Under the pieces are notes generated by a model, which was given only the letters and a program-made list of their open reading frames with translations, was not told the origin of the DNA and ran no database searches. From Malacoraja senta (lineage: Eukaryota), in the NCBI GenBank assembly GCA_038087875.1, contig CM075989.1:10602001-10666000 (forward strand): a DNA stretch of 64,000 nt, in the 5' to 3' direction. The number at the start of each line of letters is the position of its first letter. Positions within the stretch are counted from its first letter, which is position 1. A program made the position numbers and the translations under genes. Below are positions 63,290 through 64,000 of this stretch, piece by piece.

Positions 63290-63750
63290 ACACAAGAAAC
63301 TGCAGCTGCTGCAACCTTGAATAAAAAACAAAGTGCTGGAGGAACTCAGCAGGTCAGACAGCATCAGTGGAGGGAATAGGCAGATGAGTTTCGGCCGGGA
63401 CCTTCATCAGACTGATGGAGTTGTGGGAAGAAGGCTGTGAAAGAGATGTGGGGGTGGGCCAAAGCCTGGCAAGTGAAAGGTGGATACAGGTTGGTGGGGG
63501 TGTTTGGTAGATGGGTGAAGTAGGATAGGAAGGCTAGAGATGAAAATGAGACAAAAGGGTGTCAGATAAGAAAAGAGAGGAGTGACATGTAAAGCTATTT
63601 TCTAAAGACCATTGTTCCAGAGCTGGGAAAGGGTCCCGAATCGAAAAGTCACTTATCCATGTTCTTTAGGGATGCTGTCTGACTCACTGAGTTACTCCAG
63701 TACTTTGTGTCCTTTTGTGTATTAAGCAGCATCTGCAGTTTTTTGTTTCT
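63290..63750. mobile_element. Palindromic Penelope-derived element
   Basis: Inverted arms; minus-strand ctgatgaaggtcccggccgaaac around 63388-63410. Confidence 0.78.
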
Positions 63751-64000
63751 ACGCTTTCCTTAAGCCTGACTTTGAAAGGCCACATTGACCAAACTAGCCA
63801 CAGTCAAGTGTTGGTAGAAGCAACTTCAAAGGTAAAAAACAGTGTTCCCAGAAAGCCCACAAAAATTCATTGGCTACAATGGGATATGTTATTATCGGGG
63901 ATTAGTGTTGTTCCTATATTTGAATTTTGCTGTCTCCTTCGATCGCTTACACACATCCTCCCTCTCTCTCTCTCTCTCTCTGAACATCTGTGGGAATGAC

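Noticed and set aside
1-64000. CRISPR arrays, operons or prokaryotic systems
   Set aside because: The sequence is vertebrate repeat-rich DNA; there is no repeat-spacer array and no dense coding.

Overview
Non-coding, repeat-dense vertebrate DNA. The repeat repertoire (HE1/V-SINE tRNA-SINEs, HER1/CR1 LINEs, Rex1/Babar LINEs, Penelope-like elements) points to a cartilaginous fish, most likely a skate or ray (inference). There is one 200-N scaffold gap (9888-10087). No host gene can be called confidently, and the only long ORF is a young 5'-truncated CR1 ORF2 (10960-12846, minus). The main result is a set of self-cleaving-ribozyme-bearing short retroposons. Five TSD-flanked insertions of 126-311 bp fall into three families, and each begins exactly at nucleotide 1 of a predicted HDV-like nested double pseudoknot. 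Family A (14527+, 38014-) has a core nearly identical to the mammalian CPEB3 ribozyme. Family B (62085+, 22054-) has a 54-nt P4-less minimal fold. Family C (50311-) is an RTE-type bipartite element with a long P4. All three end in RTE-like (GAA)n or (TAAG)n tails. In parallel, Penelope-like elements and about 15 short palindromic or half-palindromic derivatives carry minimal hammerhead cores, some intact. Also notable: a 2-kb TIR-bounded element enclosing a signal-peptide-like exon, and a locally templated inverted insertion. All folds were assigned by eye and need computational and biochemical confirmation.
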